In this document: in pieces, positions 35,601 to 47,428 of the stretch | How the letters are laid out: every line of letters begins with the position of its first letter | Numbering within the stretch: the first letter of the stretch is position 1 | DNA from: Zootoca vivipara | Taxonomy: Eukaryota | Reading direction: 5' to 3' | Assembly: GCF_963506605.1 (NCBI RefSeq) | Contig: NC_083294.1 | Coordinates: 9,610,001 to 9,674,000 of the forward strand | Length of the DNA: 64,000 nt | Notes under the pieces: model-generated | What the model was told of the DNA's origin: nothing | The model's input: only the letters and a program-made list of their open reading frames with translations | The model's database searches: none | Program-made: the position numbers and the translations under genes

Positions 35601-38600
35601 GCCTCCATAGAAAAAGATAATATTAATTACTGGAAGATTATCTCTAGCCGAACCAAAGTGTACAATGCGCCTATAACAATCCCTGCAGATGTATGGGAAG
35701 AGCACTATAGTGCATTGTTTAGGGATCACGAGCACCCCGCGCCGTTTGCTATCTCTTTGGATAACTCACCATTGTGGCCCCCAATTTCTGAATCTGAAGT
35801 CTCTTCTCTAATATTACAAATGAAATCTGGTAAAGCTCCAGGAAGTGATTTCATTGTTGCTGAAATTCTAATATCGCAAATAAATTGGTGGGCTCCGGTC
35901 CTTGCAAATCTGTTCGCATATATAGACGCCTCAGCCCATATCCCTAAAGATTGGGGGTTGGCCATAATTGTTCCTATATTTAAAAAGGGTAACCCCTCTG
36001 ATCCATCTAATTATAGACCAATTAGTCTCTTGAACGTGATCTGCAAATTATACAGAAAACACCTGGGCCTAAAATTGTGTGAATGGTTGGACCATAATGA
36101 CTTATTAGAAACACTGGAAAAAGTCACTGTATGTGGGCTTTGTGGACCTAAAGGCAGCATTTGATTCCGTGTCTAGGTGAAGGCTTTGGGCTAAACTGGC
36201 AGATATGGGCATCAACAGAAGGCTATTACTTCTGTTAATTAAATTACATGAAAATAATACCCTTCAGATAAGACTTGCACAGGATGGCAGACTTTCCAAT
36301 GGAATTCCAGTTCAAAAAGAGGTCAGACAAGGATGCTTACTGGCTCCATTTTTATTTAACATCTATGCTAATTCCTTAATCACATGTAATTGATACTCCC
36401 CCACCTGTGTTTTCCAGTGGCAGAAAAGTTCCAATTTTAATGTACGCAGATGACGCTGTACTTCTTTCTCAAACCAAAGTTGGCTTGAAACAAGCGTTAG
36501 AGAAATTTAGTGATCAATGTAACACCGAACTGCTAACAATTAATTTTGCTAAAATTAAATTGTCCGCTTTGGCCGCTCTTTTAGGAAACACAATTTGAAT
36601 ATGAAGGGAAATGCCATAGATCAAACTAAGAACTTCCAATATTTAGGCATCACCTTCTCTTACAACGTCAAATTCTCAGCACATTTGACCGCATCCACCA
36701 CCTCAGCAGAAAGAAGTGCTAACGCCATATTTAGAAGGAAAGGTGCTGGTTTCCTTCCTATGGCCTTAAAAGTCTTTCAGGAAAAATCTCTGGCCCAACT
36801 TCTATACGGTTCACAAATTGGACTCTCTGCCAATCTTAAGATTCTTGAAACAGTTCAATCAAAGTTTCTTAGATCCCTATTCGGCACCCCTAAGAGCACA
36901 TCTAATGTAATATTAAGAAAAGAGGCAGGAATGCCCAGAGTTGAATTAAAAGTCGGGGAACAAGCAGTATCCCTCTGTTTGAAAATTCATTATAACCCAA
37001 AGGGAATGTTATCTCATTTCCTGGCCGCAGCCCCTTTTATCCACCTTGGCTTACGCAAATTGCTAACAAGATCAAACAAATTGGCCTAAACCCAGAATAT
37101 CTCTTTAATGGTACTCTGAATAAGGCAAAAACAATCATTACTCAGAGGCTTTTCAATATTGAACTGCAAAAAGAAGATGCCTTACTTCCTAAGAACTACA
37201 AGTGTCTAAAATATTGGCCTAATCTGGCAGCTGCCCCGTATCTAACCAATATTTTTTATGAATCTCATAGATGGGCCTTTTCCAAAGCCCGATTTGATGC
37301 GATGCCTTCAGCTGTGTTACATGGCAAATTCTTGTGTATACCAATCGAAGAGCGCTTTTGTCCATGCATGTCCAACAAGGTGGAATCTGTTATTCACATT
37401 CTATTATTCTGTGAATTCTATAGTGAAGAACGATCGTGACTCATTTTACCCCTATTATCAAAATTCACACCCTTGCAATATTATCTGGAATTTCCCCCCG
37501 AAACATTACGCAAATTCCTTCTGGAAGATTCTTTGAGCTCAGTATCCTACAGCAGGCATGTCCAACAGGTAGATCGTGATCTACCGGTAGATCACTGGAC
37601 GTCTGTGGTAGATCACCGGTAGATCAGTGGCTCCCCCCAAACAAGCTAGAAAACTTTGGCTGCCCTAAAAAAAGTTCAACATCTTTTCCCTGCACCCCTA
37701 AAATGACCTGAACCACAAAAAACAGGGCTTTCCTTCCAAATAAAAAAGCTCAACATCGCTTTCTTCCCTAAAGGAGCTCAACAACAAAACAGGACTTTCC
37801 TTCTTAAAAAAAAGCTCAACAACTTTGACTTGAACCCCAAAAAGGAGGGTAGATCACTTCCAGTTTTTAACTCTTTGAGTAGATCGCTGTCTCTTGGACG
37901 TTGGCCAGCCCTGTCCTACAGTGTGGCCAAATTTCGCACCCTATCTATTAAAAAACGTAAATCTCTTTTATTGAATAACATATTATAACAATTTGTCCTG
38001 CCCTCCGATGATGATATTGCTACTACAGTTCTTAGTTGAATCTCTTATTCTTTTATGGTGTTTTATTCCACTGGACCTGTATTTTAAGTATGTATATTCA
38101 ATTAGTATATTGACTGTTAAAACCCCATATCGGTCGTTTTTATTGTTTATGTAGAGAATTATGCAGAATTTCTGGTTTGATATGCTGGCTGTTAGCCGTA
38201 ATAAACATTGACTGACTGCATACAGCCCAATAGTAATAATGGGTTATCTCAAACTAAGTTTGTCTAGCAGTAGACCTATTGAAATCAATGGATCTAAAAT
38301 AACCACGCCCATTATTTTCAATGGGCCTTTTCTGGGTAGAACCAGCATGGGATACAATCCAGTTTTATCATCATCAGTATGCATGGTACTTTGCAGTGTA
38401 ACATAAGCAAAAAAATAAAAGTACAGGTCTCTGCCCTGAGAAATTTATAAACTAGACGGGGAGGAAAGGGCTTAATTGCAAGGCTCAAAGGCAGTTACAC
38501 AAACTTTTCCCATAACGACTGTGGGTTAAAAAGAGCTGCACCCATGAGGCTTTGCAGATGTTGAAGTGGGAGAGCTTTCCTTCAAGAGAGAGGCAGGGTT

Positions 38601-40244
38601 CTAGGAGGGAGTTCTTGGCTTGAAGGCCTGCAAGGGAGACTTCAAGTGAAGCAAAGTATACCCCCTTTATCCTTCCTTGTTGCCACAATCATTGGTTGAT
38701 TGTATTGTTACAGATCTGGCCCATTGGGAGAGAGATCAACTGCAAGTGCTTAAAAACCCTTACCGTCTCAGAAGACCGCAGCATCTCCCTCCAGCCTCGG
38801 CTTCATTTTGATGGCAAATACATTGTCTGCAGTTCAGCTATTGGGTTGTATCAGTGGGACTTCGCCAGCTACGATATCCACAGGTAAACATTCTGGATTT
38901 GAGGCCAACATATGCAGAGGTNNNNNNNNNNNNNNNNNNNNNNNNNNNNNNNNNNNNNNNNNNNNNNNNNNNNNNNNNNNNNNNNNNNNNNNNNNNNNNN
39001 NNNNNNNNNNNNNNNNNNNNNNNNNNNNNNNNNNNNNNNNNNNNNNNNNNNNNNNNNNNNNNNTGTATGTGCCACAGAAGCTTCAGTAAAGCAGTTAAAC
39101 ACACCAACATGAAATAGTTGTTTTTAACAGAGTTGTTCTAGTTGGCACACACAAAACACTCACACTATTTACACACACACTATATAGAAAACCTTCTTTC
39201 TCGCTGGTCCCAGAGAGGGTTCTGTACTTCAGAGTCCTTGCTGAAACAAAGTCCATTAGCAAGTTCTAACTCTGGTTGCTCAGAATCCTGCAACTGACTG
39301 AGTTCTCTTGAGTTCCGTAGTCTGGCAGTTCTCCTTTTCAGATGATTTTTTTCAAAAACTCTTCACACAAATCTACAGTTCAACAGATGGCGTTCAACAA
39401 TTCCTGCAATCTCTTATCACAACCCACACTTTATGCTTTAAAGTGAACCCTTTTACTGTATACACAAAGTTGCTTGCCAAATCTGCCCAATAACATAGAT
39501 AAGAAGGTTACCACATTCAGCCAGGTGCATTGTGAGGCATGAGCCACTATTTCCAGCTCGTGTGGAATTAACCCAGTAAACACTTTTCTTAATAGAGGAA
39601 ACTTAAGTGTTGATGCTTCCTGGGTCATGTTCCCGGAGTGTGCTGTGGAGGTCTGGCCAAGAGGTCTAAAGTGGGCAAGCTAAGCCGAATACCCGGACAA
39701 TGTCAGCGATAACTTGTAAGAGTCAGGTTTTGAATGACTGGTGCCATTCCAAATGGGATTCCTTTGGTATCTTGCATTTACATGGCAAGACACCAGGATG
39801 CCAGGTTCGTAAAGTAGCAGCAGACTGCAATCTAGATCATATCAACACCATTAAAAATATCATTTAAAAAATCAGCTTCTGGAAACCAGCTATCCATTCC
39901 ATGCAGCATTTTCTTCTGATATTTGTGGTGGTCTGTTTCTTCTCTCCCCTTGCAGGGTTATCAAACCTCCCGAATTTGCGAACTTGTCCTTGCTGGGCTT
40001 CGGTGACATTTTTGCCCTCCTGTTTGATAACCACTACCTGTACATAATGGACTTGAGGACAGAGAAACTGATCAGCCGCTGGCCACTGCCGGAATACAGG
40101 AAGTCAAAGAGGGGCTCGAGCTTCCTGGCCGGGGAAATGGATTGGCTGGACGGTTTGGATGGTCAAAATGACATGGGCCTGGTCTTTGCCACCAGCATGC
40201 CAGACCACAGTATTCACCTGGTTTTGTGGAAGGAGCATGGCTGA
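23195..40244 (+). CDS. FBXW2: FBXW2 F-box/WD repeat protein 2, complete spliced CDS (6 coding exons, 1365 nt, 454 aa)
   Basis: Exons 23195-23684, 31995-32189, 33565-33698, 34770-34856, 38714-38883, 39956-40244; GT-AG, phase-consistent. [13 protein letters not shown] start, F-box [17 protein letters not shown]40 repeats, LVLWKEHG* end. Confidence 0.98.
23875..24504. mobile_element. Tc1/mariner-type MITE inserted in an L2 3' end
   Basis: Imperfect TIRs CAGGCAACTTCCCACTTA / TAAGGGGTGGTGCCTG; TA flanks. Confidence 0.6.
24505..25250 (-). mobile_element. L2 LINE fragment (further piece ~29075-29280)
   Basis: [15 protein letters not shown] and [11 protein letters not shown] motifs on the minus strand. 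Confidence 0.7.
25320..26804 (+). mobile_element. LINE APE-endonuclease remnant, split by two L1 insertions
   Basis: [20 protein letters not shown] (~25350-25460) and [17 protein letters not shown] (~26640-26795). Confidence 0.7.
25574..26567 (+). mobile_element. 5'-truncated L1-like LINE
   Basis: A-rich tail; 18-bp TSD AATCAC(C/T)CCCCTCAAGAC at 25556-25573 / 26568-26585. Confidence 0.75.
26805..28000 (-). mobile_element. 5'-truncated L1-clade LINE (ORF2 C-terminus plus 3' UTR)
   Basis: [22 protein letters not shown]; [10 protein letters not shown]; poly(A)/AATAAA at the left end; 15-bp TSD GGCAAGGATAATCTT 26790-26804 / 28001-28015. Confidence 0.88.
27603..27946 (-). mobile_element. Sauria SINE nested in L1
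   Basis: Consensus match; interrupts the L1 ORF2 frame. Confidence 0.92.
28368..29073. mobile_element. Tigger/pogo-type MITE (related pieces ~29545-29672, 50355-50580)
   Basis: TA-CAGTGCTACCTTGG ... CCAAGGTACAGTA termini. Confidence 0.6.
31995..32189 (+). CDS. FBXW2: FBXW2 coding exon 2
   Basis: [17 protein letters not shown]...HFRGHTGA; 195 nt. Confidence 0.96.
32740..33140 (-). mobile_element. L2 LINE endonuclease fragment next to a CR1 remnant
   Basis: [26 protein letters not shown] motifs. Confidence 0.75.
33565..33698 (+). CDS. FBXW2: FBXW2 coding exon 3
   Basis: [25 protein letters not shown]...GHTEWVTK; 134 nt. Confidence 0.96.
34770..34856 (+). CDS. FBXW2: FBXW2 coding exon 4
   Basis: [29 protein letters not shown]; 87 nt; translated by hand. 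Confidence 0.95.
35398..38216 (+). mobile_element. 5'-truncated non-LTR retrotransposon (RT-bearing LINE, clade not resolved) in FBXW2 intron
   Basis: [46 protein letters not shown] with frameshifts; AATAAA plus (TGAC)n tail; 15-bp TSD TGCATACAGCCCAAT 35383-35397 / 38217-38231. Confidence 0.9.
37553..37913. mobile_element. hAT MITE nested in the LINE
   Basis: TIRs CAGGCATGTCCAAC / GTTGGCCAGCCCTG; 8-bp TSD TCCTACAG. Confidence 0.85.
38714..38883 (+). CDS. FBXW2: FBXW2 coding exon 5
   Basis: [16 protein letters not shown]...WDFASYDIH; 170 nt. Confidence 0.96.
38922..39063. other. Assembly gap (142 N) in the last FBXW2 intron
   Basis: Run of N. Confidence 1.
39956..40244 (+). CDS. FBXW2: FBXW2 coding exon 6 (terminal)
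   Basis: [19 protein letters not shown]...[16 protein letters not shown]. Confidence 0.96.
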
Positions 40245-42092
40245 AGCAAGCCAGCAGGACTACGTGACAAACAAAACCACACAATTGGGCCAGCCAGCGA
40301 TGAGCCAGCCAGAGGAGACTGTGCATGAACCAAAGCAGCTCACCTTAACAGATATCATCATGCAATGCACAATCATTTTGCCTTCATTTTTTCTCTCTCT
40401 GTCATGACAATAGGCAGGGGAGTCGCAAACAGTTGCAGAGAAGAGGGGGTGTTTGTTTTCACTTTGTTTAAGCATAATGCACCATACAGCATGCGACTAT
40501 CCCCCCCACCTCTGGCTCATGTATTCTCATACATTTGAGCACATTCTTAACTATGATTTTAGTTTCCCTTTTTTTTTTTTTTTGAGAGGGGGTGGAGGCA
40601 GAAGCGGGTTGGAAATGTATTCATAAGAAAGGATATTATATGTCAGACACCTCCTTCCCACACCCATATTTCTTTATGAAAGGAAGAAAAAGAAATGAGG
40701 ATGTTAATCACACACCCACATCTTATTCACAGCCAGTGTGAAAGATATGATGGCTCTGTAAAAGGGGACCATGCTGGTCAATTAATTTCTTTAGGGCTGG
40801 TGTTACTTTTTTTTATTTGCCATGCATGGAAGGGATGGACACTTGAGCCTGGAGAACTTGCAAGTTTATGAATGTGGGTATTGAACCTGTGTGTGGTTTA
40901 CTGGCTTCAACATCCAGGGTTTCTGGAGTCAGGTCTTGGGACTGTGATGGTGGTGGGGAGAAACCCACAAACCTGAACTCCACTCTTGATATAGAAACAA
41001 GCAGGCAAGATCAACAGCCAAATGGCTGCCTCAGGAGGGATGCTTTTTCTCATTAAAGCATATTCTTTGGTCAAAGATGAATTGTGCAGGCTGGTGGGCT
41101 TCTGTTCAAAGGACAGCTCATGTTCATTAGAGGTTCAGGCAGCTGGTATACCTCTTTTTAGCCCTCTTTGCAAGAGCTCTTGCAGCCCCTGCTTCTAGTG
41201 AGATAAAGCAAGGGCGTTAACAAGGACAGTGAGTAGATTGCAACAGCAGGCAAGCCACACTTTCCTCAAGAAGAGAGTGGGGAAAGGAAATGTTGAAAGT
41301 TTTATAGCAGTGTCTGCCTGCAGTGCAGAGGCAGCTACCTCCACAGGCATACTGAGGCTTCTGTTTCAATGATGGCTCATTTTAAAACATGTCATCCTGG
41401 ACAATATGTTCCCCACACTTAAAAGGGCAAAACTGAGTCTGCTCCAAACCCTGGCAAATCCATTTGAAAACCTAGCTGAATTGAGTTTGAAACTTTAAAA
41501 GTGGAGGTAAGGGGATGCAGCAGGGATGTGATGATGGCCTTCCCATCTTCCTGTGCTGCTGAGAAGGGAGCTGAGGCAGAGGTGGTAAGTCTTCCGGCAC
41601 GTGCTATAAAAGTTTACACAACAATTTTAATTTAAAAAAAATCTGCCTGTGTTAATTATTGTCCCAATGTGAAGTTTTTGGAAATGAATGCATTTGGACT
41701 TCTTGGGCATCTGTGGTGCATTTTCTCTTGCTAGCAGCTGATAATGTATACTACCATACTTTGTAGAGCATCATCTGAGAATTTCTGCAAAGTTAAGGTG
41801 CTGTCAAAGGCAGGGAAGCATAGCATACTAGTCTCAGTTTGTGTTTCCTAAGCTATTGAGATCCCAGGAGGAAGTGTAGAGCAAGCATGCAAAGCATAAA
41901 TATCCAATGACCCACCACCAACAACTTATATCAGACTAGGATAGAAGTTTTTCTGATCCCCGTCTCCCCCATCCCAGATCAAGTACAAGATTTCCTTAAA
42001 ATAAAAAAAAGTTAGAAATCAAAGGAAAGACTAAATAATAAAGCACCACAGTGCTGAAGGCCCATCTAGTCCAACATCCAGTTCTCACCATG

Positions 42093-42463
42093 GATGAGTG
42101 CTGTGATCTAAACCACTGAGCCTCTTGGGCTTGCCAGTCGGAAGATCAGTGGTTCAAATCCGTGCGATGAGGTGAGCTCCCATTGCTCTGTCCCAACTCC
42201 TGTCAACCTAGCAGTTTGAAAGCACACCACTGCAAGTAGATAAATGGGTACCGCTGCAGCGGGAAGGTAAACGGCGTTTCTGTGTACTCTGGCACTCGTC
42301 ACGGTCCTCCGTGCACCAGTCACAGTCATGCTGGCCACATGACCTGGAAAGCTGTCTTGTGGACAAACACCGGCTCTCCTGGCCTGAAGAGCGAGATGAG
42401 CACCGCAACCCTATAGTCACCTTTGACTGGACTTAACCGTCCAGGGGTCCTTTACCTTTACCT
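42093..42463 (+). mobile_element. Sauria SINE downstream of the FBXW2 stop
   Basis: aaaccactgagcc...cctttacctttacc. Confidence 0.88.
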
Positions 42464-43247
42464 CTCACAGTGGCCAACCAGATGCCCCAATGGGAATCCA
42501 ACAAGCAAGACAGGAATGCAACGCAGTATTGTACATGCCACCCTAGGCTCCTTCGGAAGGACATAAATTGAATGAATAAAATAAATAAATAAATCTGTTT
42601 CAGAGTCAAGCATTATTTACCAGCATAAAGGCAATGTGTTTGGTGGGCCATCATCCCCTGACTGACATTACGAGACCAACTGTTCAGTATAAAGTATTTG
42701 CTCTACACGCAAAAGGAGCTAGATTCAATCCCTGGCATCTCCAGGTAGGTCTGGAGGTGTCCCCTGCCTGATACTCTGGGAAGAACTTCTGCCAGTTGAT
42801 GTAAACCCTCAACTAGTTGGACCATTTGTCTGACTCAGAATAAGGCAGAGTCTTGCATTTTGCATTGTTTAGGCCACAGGTGAGAGGAACCCTTTTCAGC
42901 TTGAGGGCTGCATTATCTTCTGGGCAACCTTCTAAGGGGTACATGCCAGTGGTGAGCAGAGCCAGTGATAAAAACATGGAGAGAAACAAATGCAGCTGTC
43001 ACCTTTAGTACAGTAGGCTGTTTTCTGCGCACTTGCGCACGCGCACAGACATATCCATCTTCCATCCAGATAGTATTAGCAGGTGCTTAAGGACATTTCA
43101 ACCATGCGAAAGCACTTGCGCTGTAAAGGTGTGGCCTGGGGAATGTTTTAAGCTATGACTTCCATCATTCCAGGCTGATGGGAGTTTAACAACAACATCT
43201 GGCGCGCCAGAGTTTCCCCAGTCCCTGAGACAACCATTGCATGTCCA

Positions 43248-43253
43248 AATAAA
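43248..43253 (+). terminator. FBXW2: Candidate FBXW2 poly(A) signal (another at ~43347)
   Basis: AATAAA about 3 kb after the stop; earlier AATAAA copies also exist. Confidence 0.3.
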
Positions 43254-46105
43254 GCTGTTCCACCACAGGATTAGAAATTACAATTATTTTTTAAAACATT
43301 CCTCTCTTGTTTTGCACATCACATTAACAACCTTCAGAAGTGACACAATAAAGAAAAAAAAACCTGTTCTTGGGTGTCATGGTACAAGAGAGCATTCATG
43401 ATAGGTTGAAAACAGGCTTATGTTTAATCGCAAACAAGCCACATTATTAAGTACTTTCCATTTAATCTAGGGGTTTAACTGTGGAACTCACTGTCACAGT
43501 ATAAAGAGAAATGGAATCAGGCACACTTACTGTACATTAGTAACTTTTTATGGCAATAACATACCATAATAGTAATAATGAATAAATAATAATACCCCAC
43601 AGCAGCCATTTTGTGTTATGCCATACACCCCATAACACCGATTTGTGATTGCCACCCACAGAAAACTTTCCAATTGTGCCAACAGGCTGCTGGGGAACCC
43701 TGAGTTATGTGATCCCTGAGTTTGAGGTCTCCCTTCATAACTTAATAACTGAAGAAGAGCTTCCTGGATCAGGGCAGTGGCCCATCTAGTCCAGCATCCA
43801 GTTCTCACAGTGGCCAACCAGATGCCTGTAGGAAACCCACAAGCAGGATTCAAACACAAGAGCACTCTCCTGCCCTATGGTTTCCAGCAACTGGTATTTA
43901 GAAGTATTGCTGCTTCAGACTGTGCAGGCAGAGCATAGCCATCATTTCTTGCATCAAACAAGACCCCCTCCAACTCTATGGTACCAAATAAGATGTCAGT
44001 CCCACCTTAATGATGTTAAGATTGCTAAAATAGGTCAACCATGCACCTCAAAAGCAGAATTCAAAAGCCAAACAACGTAGTTTTATGGTATGCAATTCAG
44101 AGAGTCCACTGAACTGCATTCAGCTTTAGGAAATCCTCTCTTGATTTTCTTATTTCTTGCAGCAACTGCAAAAAAATTGCCACATTGATTGGCTCTAATC
44201 TTCATCCTGAAGTTCTCACTTCTCTAGCTAACAGGAAATTTAAAAGAAATCATCAATACTTAGGATGGATGGAATGGAAGGTACAGTATCTACCAGTATA
44301 TGAGTGGGAACACAATCCCTAAAAGACTTGCTAGACAGTAAGCCACCTTGAACACAATGGCTCTTATTTTCAAATAGACACAAGTAGGATTGTATTTTAA
44401 TCAACTGCATTACAAAAAGGCAGACTCCAGTTAAAATGTGGCTTGGGGCTGGCTGAGGGACCTGTGGCAAAAAAAAAAAAACATCTGGAGGGCATCAGGT
44501 TGGAGAAGGCTGGAAGCAGGGGCAAAGTGGGGTGTGTGTGTAGGGAAGCCATAGCCTCAGGTGCATGATTTTGAAGGGGTGCAAAACAGGGATCCCTGTA
44601 CCCCCACCCCACCTGTCATGGGGAGACTCTGGGCCACGAAGCCTGACCTGGCCTCACTCCACACACCCAGCCCCCTCATTGGGGGGGATTCACATGCCAA
44701 GGGCACGTTGGCTGGCTGCCACCGGTGGACCCTGCGCGGGTGGGGGGGCACAATGCGGCCTCGTGAACTCTCCATGCCGTGCGCATGTCCCTACTCTTGC
44801 CCTATGCAAGGTTTCAAGGGGAAACTGAAACTGAAGGTCATAAATATGCATTCATTTCCATGGGTCTACTATGACTAGAAAACAGCTGGATACAGTGTGT
44901 AATGTTGAGCTGAGGAAGTCTGTGGTAGAACAGAACCACATTACTGGGTCCGGAAAGCAGCTGCCTCTGAATCTCTACTGTTGTTTGTTTGAGAATAAAT
45001 ATGTTTCTAGCCCCCAGTAGTTTAAAGGATTTGCATGGCAGGGGGTGTGGAGGTGTTGCCAATGCCTACAAAAATAGGGGAGCAACTGATTAAGATGCTC
45101 AGTAGGTCTTGACACAAGGTTCCAGAATAGTATCATGCTGCTTCCTTAACAGGTCAAACTGGAATTAATTGTGTAATTAATATAATATCAAACCTGCAAA
45201 TCTGCTCAATTTGCAGGTGACAATTTTTCTACAACTATGTATTATCCTGATTGTAGAACTCCTCTAAGTGGTAGAGAGTGAGCATCACCTATTTCTTTGT
45301 GTGTTAGATGTTTTGTTCTTTCTATTTCCATAATTCAGCCTGTGCATGTCATTTCTTATGTGGCCAAGATTTTCACACATGGGAGATAGCAGCTCAGTTG
45401 GGGGAACCACAAGGACTGTGTATTTATGGACCATGGAATACTGGGAAGATGGACATAATGGAATAACCTAGAAAAGGGCACGATCGGCCGGAATTTTGAA
45501 CAAAAGCATTCATATGATATGCACATATGACACTGATATTTATATCTATATCGGATATATTTATATACAGACTACACACAGTTAAACAGATCCTTAATCA
45601 AGGATGGGTTGTATTCAACTAAGTTGCACTTGGAGGAGACCCATTAAAATTAATGGACCTCACTTAGTCATGTTCATTCATTACAATGGGTCTATTCTGA
45701 GGAGAACTAACAGTGAATATAACCCTAATCCTTACAATTGTTGCTAGGATCGCAGTGCAAAAAGGATGTTGCCCTTGATGGATACTCTTGACTTTGGTCC
45801 ATGACCTCAGAAGAATCTTGCTGCAATTATAGATGGGATGCTGACACAAATCGGACCACTGGGTCTCTGACCCATCATTTCCCATATCTAGTGCACTTTT
45901 GCAATGCATGACAAATTATGCCATCACTTTTTCTGTAGCTCCATGAGTCACATTCTAAAGAAAGTCAAGAGCAAACATGTTCTTTTTTAATTCATGATAA
46001 TCCTCTCTTGAACATGCATTGGAAATTCATCCTGTACAACTTGCTCCCAAATATCTTTTTGGATGAGCCTCCAAAGAGAAATATCAGTAATGTTTCCTGT
46101 GTTTA

Positions 46106-47428
46106 CTACTTCACCACTTCTAATAGTATATTCTGTAGCACTTTGTTAACTCTGTCTATTAGTGACGTGTTATATCTCCAGAGTGTTGTGTCCTTGATCA
46201 GGGATTCCCTGGGCAAATCCGGTTGAAAAGGAGACCGACAGTGGAAGACAATTGCAACATCAGCAGGGACTTCCACACTGCCTCCGATCCCCTGAAGGAC
46301 AGAGTGAACAGACGTCTGAACCACTTTCCTCGGATCAACAATCATTTTCCTTGGGTTTATGACCTCTTTCCTGTCTGGTTCTCGGAGGACATGCTGCAGG
46401 ATGTTGACTCCAGGTACCATATTCCAAGAATGTGGAACATGATCAGGGGGGAAGGTGAAGACATTATTTGGGAAAATGTGGTTCTCAAAGAGGAAGATAC
46501 CAATCTCCGGATTTTGTTTCTCAAGTTTTTGCATCAAGGTTTTCCAATCCAAATGTTGAATGGGAAGAATAATTTCATCAATGTCATTCAGCAGAACGTA
46601 CCTGCTCCTGTACATATTCCGGTAGACACAGTCATTCAGAGCAGCGATTTGTCCATAGTAGCCAATTTCGGTCCCGTCGTCCGTGAAATGCCATTTATTA
46701 GAAACACTCAGGTAGGATGTGATTGGCCAGGGCACCACCTCCACGGTCCCTTCCACCACATAGAATTGAAGGACTTTCTCCATCAACTGGCTGCAGCTGT
46801 TCTTATAGATCACCACCTTCTGCATTCCAAGGAGTTTATACATTTCAATGCTCTGCACGAACTGGAGGACATTGTTATAGTCTCCAAACATGGTGGAGAT
46901 GCACACTGTGAAGTCCACCAGAGTGCTCTGTCGCTGGCGATTTTTTATTTCAAACTGTGGTGACATGCCACTGTCAGATCCTTCACCAGATGACTGCAAT
47001 GCCATGTAACGAGGCTCACAGTGTGAGGGTTCCAAACAAATCAAGTCTGCAACCACATAGGGAAATCCAAAACGATCCAAGTGGATATCTATTGCAGCCT
47101 TAGAGATAAAGGCCACATCATCAGCTGGGCAACAGAACCAGCAATAGTGGTCCTTCACTTCCTTGTGATGTACAATTCCAATCACTCGAGTCTGCTTTTC
47201 CACCCTGTCATCAAAGTATGGAGTGATGATAAAAGATCTGTTGTCACTCAAAGCAGAGATTGAGTTATTGGTGACCCATCCTTTGCAGAGGTCTTTTCCT
47301 TTCTGTGCAACAAGTTTTGGTAGTAAAGAGTATTTCCGTATCCGGTAGTAGGAAAGTGTCAGCATAGAGGCAAGAGCCACCAGACATACCACTGTAGCTA
47401 AAAAAGTTCTTCTTCGAAAATGGAACAT
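46106..47428 (-). CDS. Glycosyltransferase family 92 (DUF23) protein, beta-1,4-galactosyltransferase (galt-1 / avian beta4GalT(Gal))-like, ~440 aa, single coding exon
   Basis: Long uninterrupted ORF with type II topology: MFHFRRR then hydrophobic TFLATVVCLVALASMLTLSYY. GT92 motifs CWFCC, FTVCISTMFGDY, YYGQIAALNDCVYR, DxD in LNDIDE, NPRKMIVDP..VHSV. Acceptor ttctctctgttgcag|47474; first in-frame ATG at 47428. Confidence 0.9.
   Translation of the reverse strand: MFHFRRRTFLATVVCLVALASMLTLSYYRIRKYSLLPKLVAQKGKDLCKGWVTNNSISALSDNRSFIITPYFDDRVEKQTRVIGIVHHKEVKDHYCWFCCPADDVAFISKAAIDIHLDRFGFPYVVADLICLEPSHCEPRYMALQSSGEGSDSGMSPQFEIKNRQRQSTLVDFTVCISTMFGDYNNVLQFVQSIEMYKLLGMQKVVIYKNSCSQLMEKVLQFYVVEGTVEVVPWPITSYLSVSNKWHFTDDGTEIGYYGQIAALNDCVYRNMYRSRYVLLNDIDEIILPIQHLDWKTLMQKLEKQNPEIGIFLFENHIFPNNVFTFPPDHVPHSWNMVPGVNILQHVLREPDRKEVINPRKMIVDPRKVVQTSVHSVLQGIGGSVEVPADVAIVFHCRSPFQPDLPRESLIKDTTLWRYNTSLIDRVNKVLQNILLEVVK

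Noticed and set aside
38808-39117. ORFs containing X runs
   Set aside because: Artefacts of the N gap.
46223-46963. 246-aa plus-strand ORF
   Set aside because: Antisense shadow of the GT92 CDS; no recognisable domain.
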